From the NCBI RefSeq assembly GCF_009914755.1, contig NC_060939.1: a stretch of DNA of 64,000 nt; one strand, written 5' to 3'. The translations under genes and the position numbers were made by a program. Shown in pieces: positions 62,940-64,000 of the stretch; the stretch's first letter is position 1, and every line of letters starts with the position of its first letter. The stretch comes from the human T2T-CHM13v2.0 reference genome, Homo sapiens. Under the pieces are notes generated by a model. That model ran no database searches, had not been told where the DNA came from, and saw only the letters and a list, made by a program, of their open reading frames with translations.

Positions 62940-63960
62940 CAGAGACTCTGAGGAGCAGTACTTGGTCCAGATTGAGGGGAGGCTTTTAGGGACTATTTCT
63001 TGAAGGATGAAACATCTAAGCTGAAACTTGAAGGGTGAGTAGGAACAGACAGGGATAGTGGAAAGGTATTTAGGCAGAGATGAGAGTCTGTGCGAAGGTC
63101 TGGAGGCGTGGAATACCAGGGCTTCTTCAGGAAACTCACTGGTCATTTGGTATGGGCGGATCCCTGGGAGTAGCAGAAATGCAGTTGGTGAAGGTAGCAA
63201 GTACGTACCTATCCTCCTAAGGAACTTGGACTTCATCACAAGGAGATGACAGGGAGGCACTGAAGGATTTCAGACAGGAGAACAATGAGTTCAGACTCCT
63301 GTTTGAGTTGAGCACTGCTCTTTCTACTTTCAGAAAGGCAGCTGTGACATTGTGGACAGCACCTGGAGCCCTGATGTTTAATTCCAAATTGGACCTTAAG
63401 CAAGTCACTTCCTCTCTTGGAACTCAGTTTCCTTATTTGTAAAAACTGAAGAGGTTGACCAGATGGCCACTTGGATCATTTCCAGCTCTTATATTCTAAG
63501 ACAAAAAACTATGACCTCTCCAGGGGAAACAATGAGGATACCAGATCTCTTTCTGGTTTTTTGATTCCTCTAGAGTATACTATAGAACTGAAGAAGGCAG
63601 TTGGATGTAAGAGTTTAGAGTTCAAGACAGAGGTCTAGCGGGAGAGAAGCATTTAGGAGCCCTCGGTATACACAACATTTGAAACCCTAGGTCATCTCAC
63701 CCAGTCCCAAGGCTTCGAACATCATCTATACCAAGAGATCTCAAATTTCTCTCTCCAATCATACCTCTCTTCCAAACTCCAAATCACACATCCCACTGCC
63801 TTCGAGGCACATCCACTTGGATGTCCAATAGGCACCACCAACAAAACATGTCCAAAATGGAACTCCTGATCTTCCCACTCTACTACCCTAACCTGCGTCA
63901 CCCTCACCTTTCCCTATGTCAGTTCATGGCAACTCTATCCTTCCAGTTGTTCAGGTAAAA
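62940..63960. mobile_element. L2 fragments in both orientations plus a MIR (about 63340-63500)
   Basis: L2-like antisense 62940-63310 and sense 63690-63960. Confidence 0.6.
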
Positions 63961-63973
63961 AATGTACACATCA

Positions 63974-64000
63974 GCCAGGAGCGGTGGCTCATGCCTGTAA
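63974..64000 (+). mobile_element. Alu 5' end, cut by the window edge
   Basis: AGCCAGGAGCGGTGGCTCATGCCTGTAA. Confidence 0.85.

Overview
Primate (very likely human) intergenic or intronic DNA dominated by interspersed repeats, with no intact protein-coding gene, RNA gene or CpG-island promoter that I can support. Main elements: (1) A 7.4-kb minus-strand HERV-W (HERV17/LTR17) processed pseudogene at 1083-8510. It has the R-U5/gag/pro/pol/deleted env/U3-R/polyA layout, a TSD at an L1 endonuclease site, a nested AluY, and sits beside an ancient ERVL-class pol remnant. (2) An HMGN2 processed pseudogene at 31867-33072 inside a multi-level nest of L1s. (3) An old L1 at 19917-24194 that keeps its 5' end but has no 3' half or polyA, yet carries a perfect 16-bp TSD, the signature of internal priming. 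(4) About 35 Alus plus L1, L2, MIR, MaLR LTR and hAT MITE copies (MER53, MER20, MER45). Nearly all listed ORFs are repeat-derived or spurious. I find no convincing new biological system. The interesting signals are mechanistic scars of retrotransposition and DNA repair, plus a few candidate enhancers. Repeat subfamily names and consensus comparisons come from memory and need RepeatMasker/Dfam confirmation. Boundaries of old repeats are approximate.
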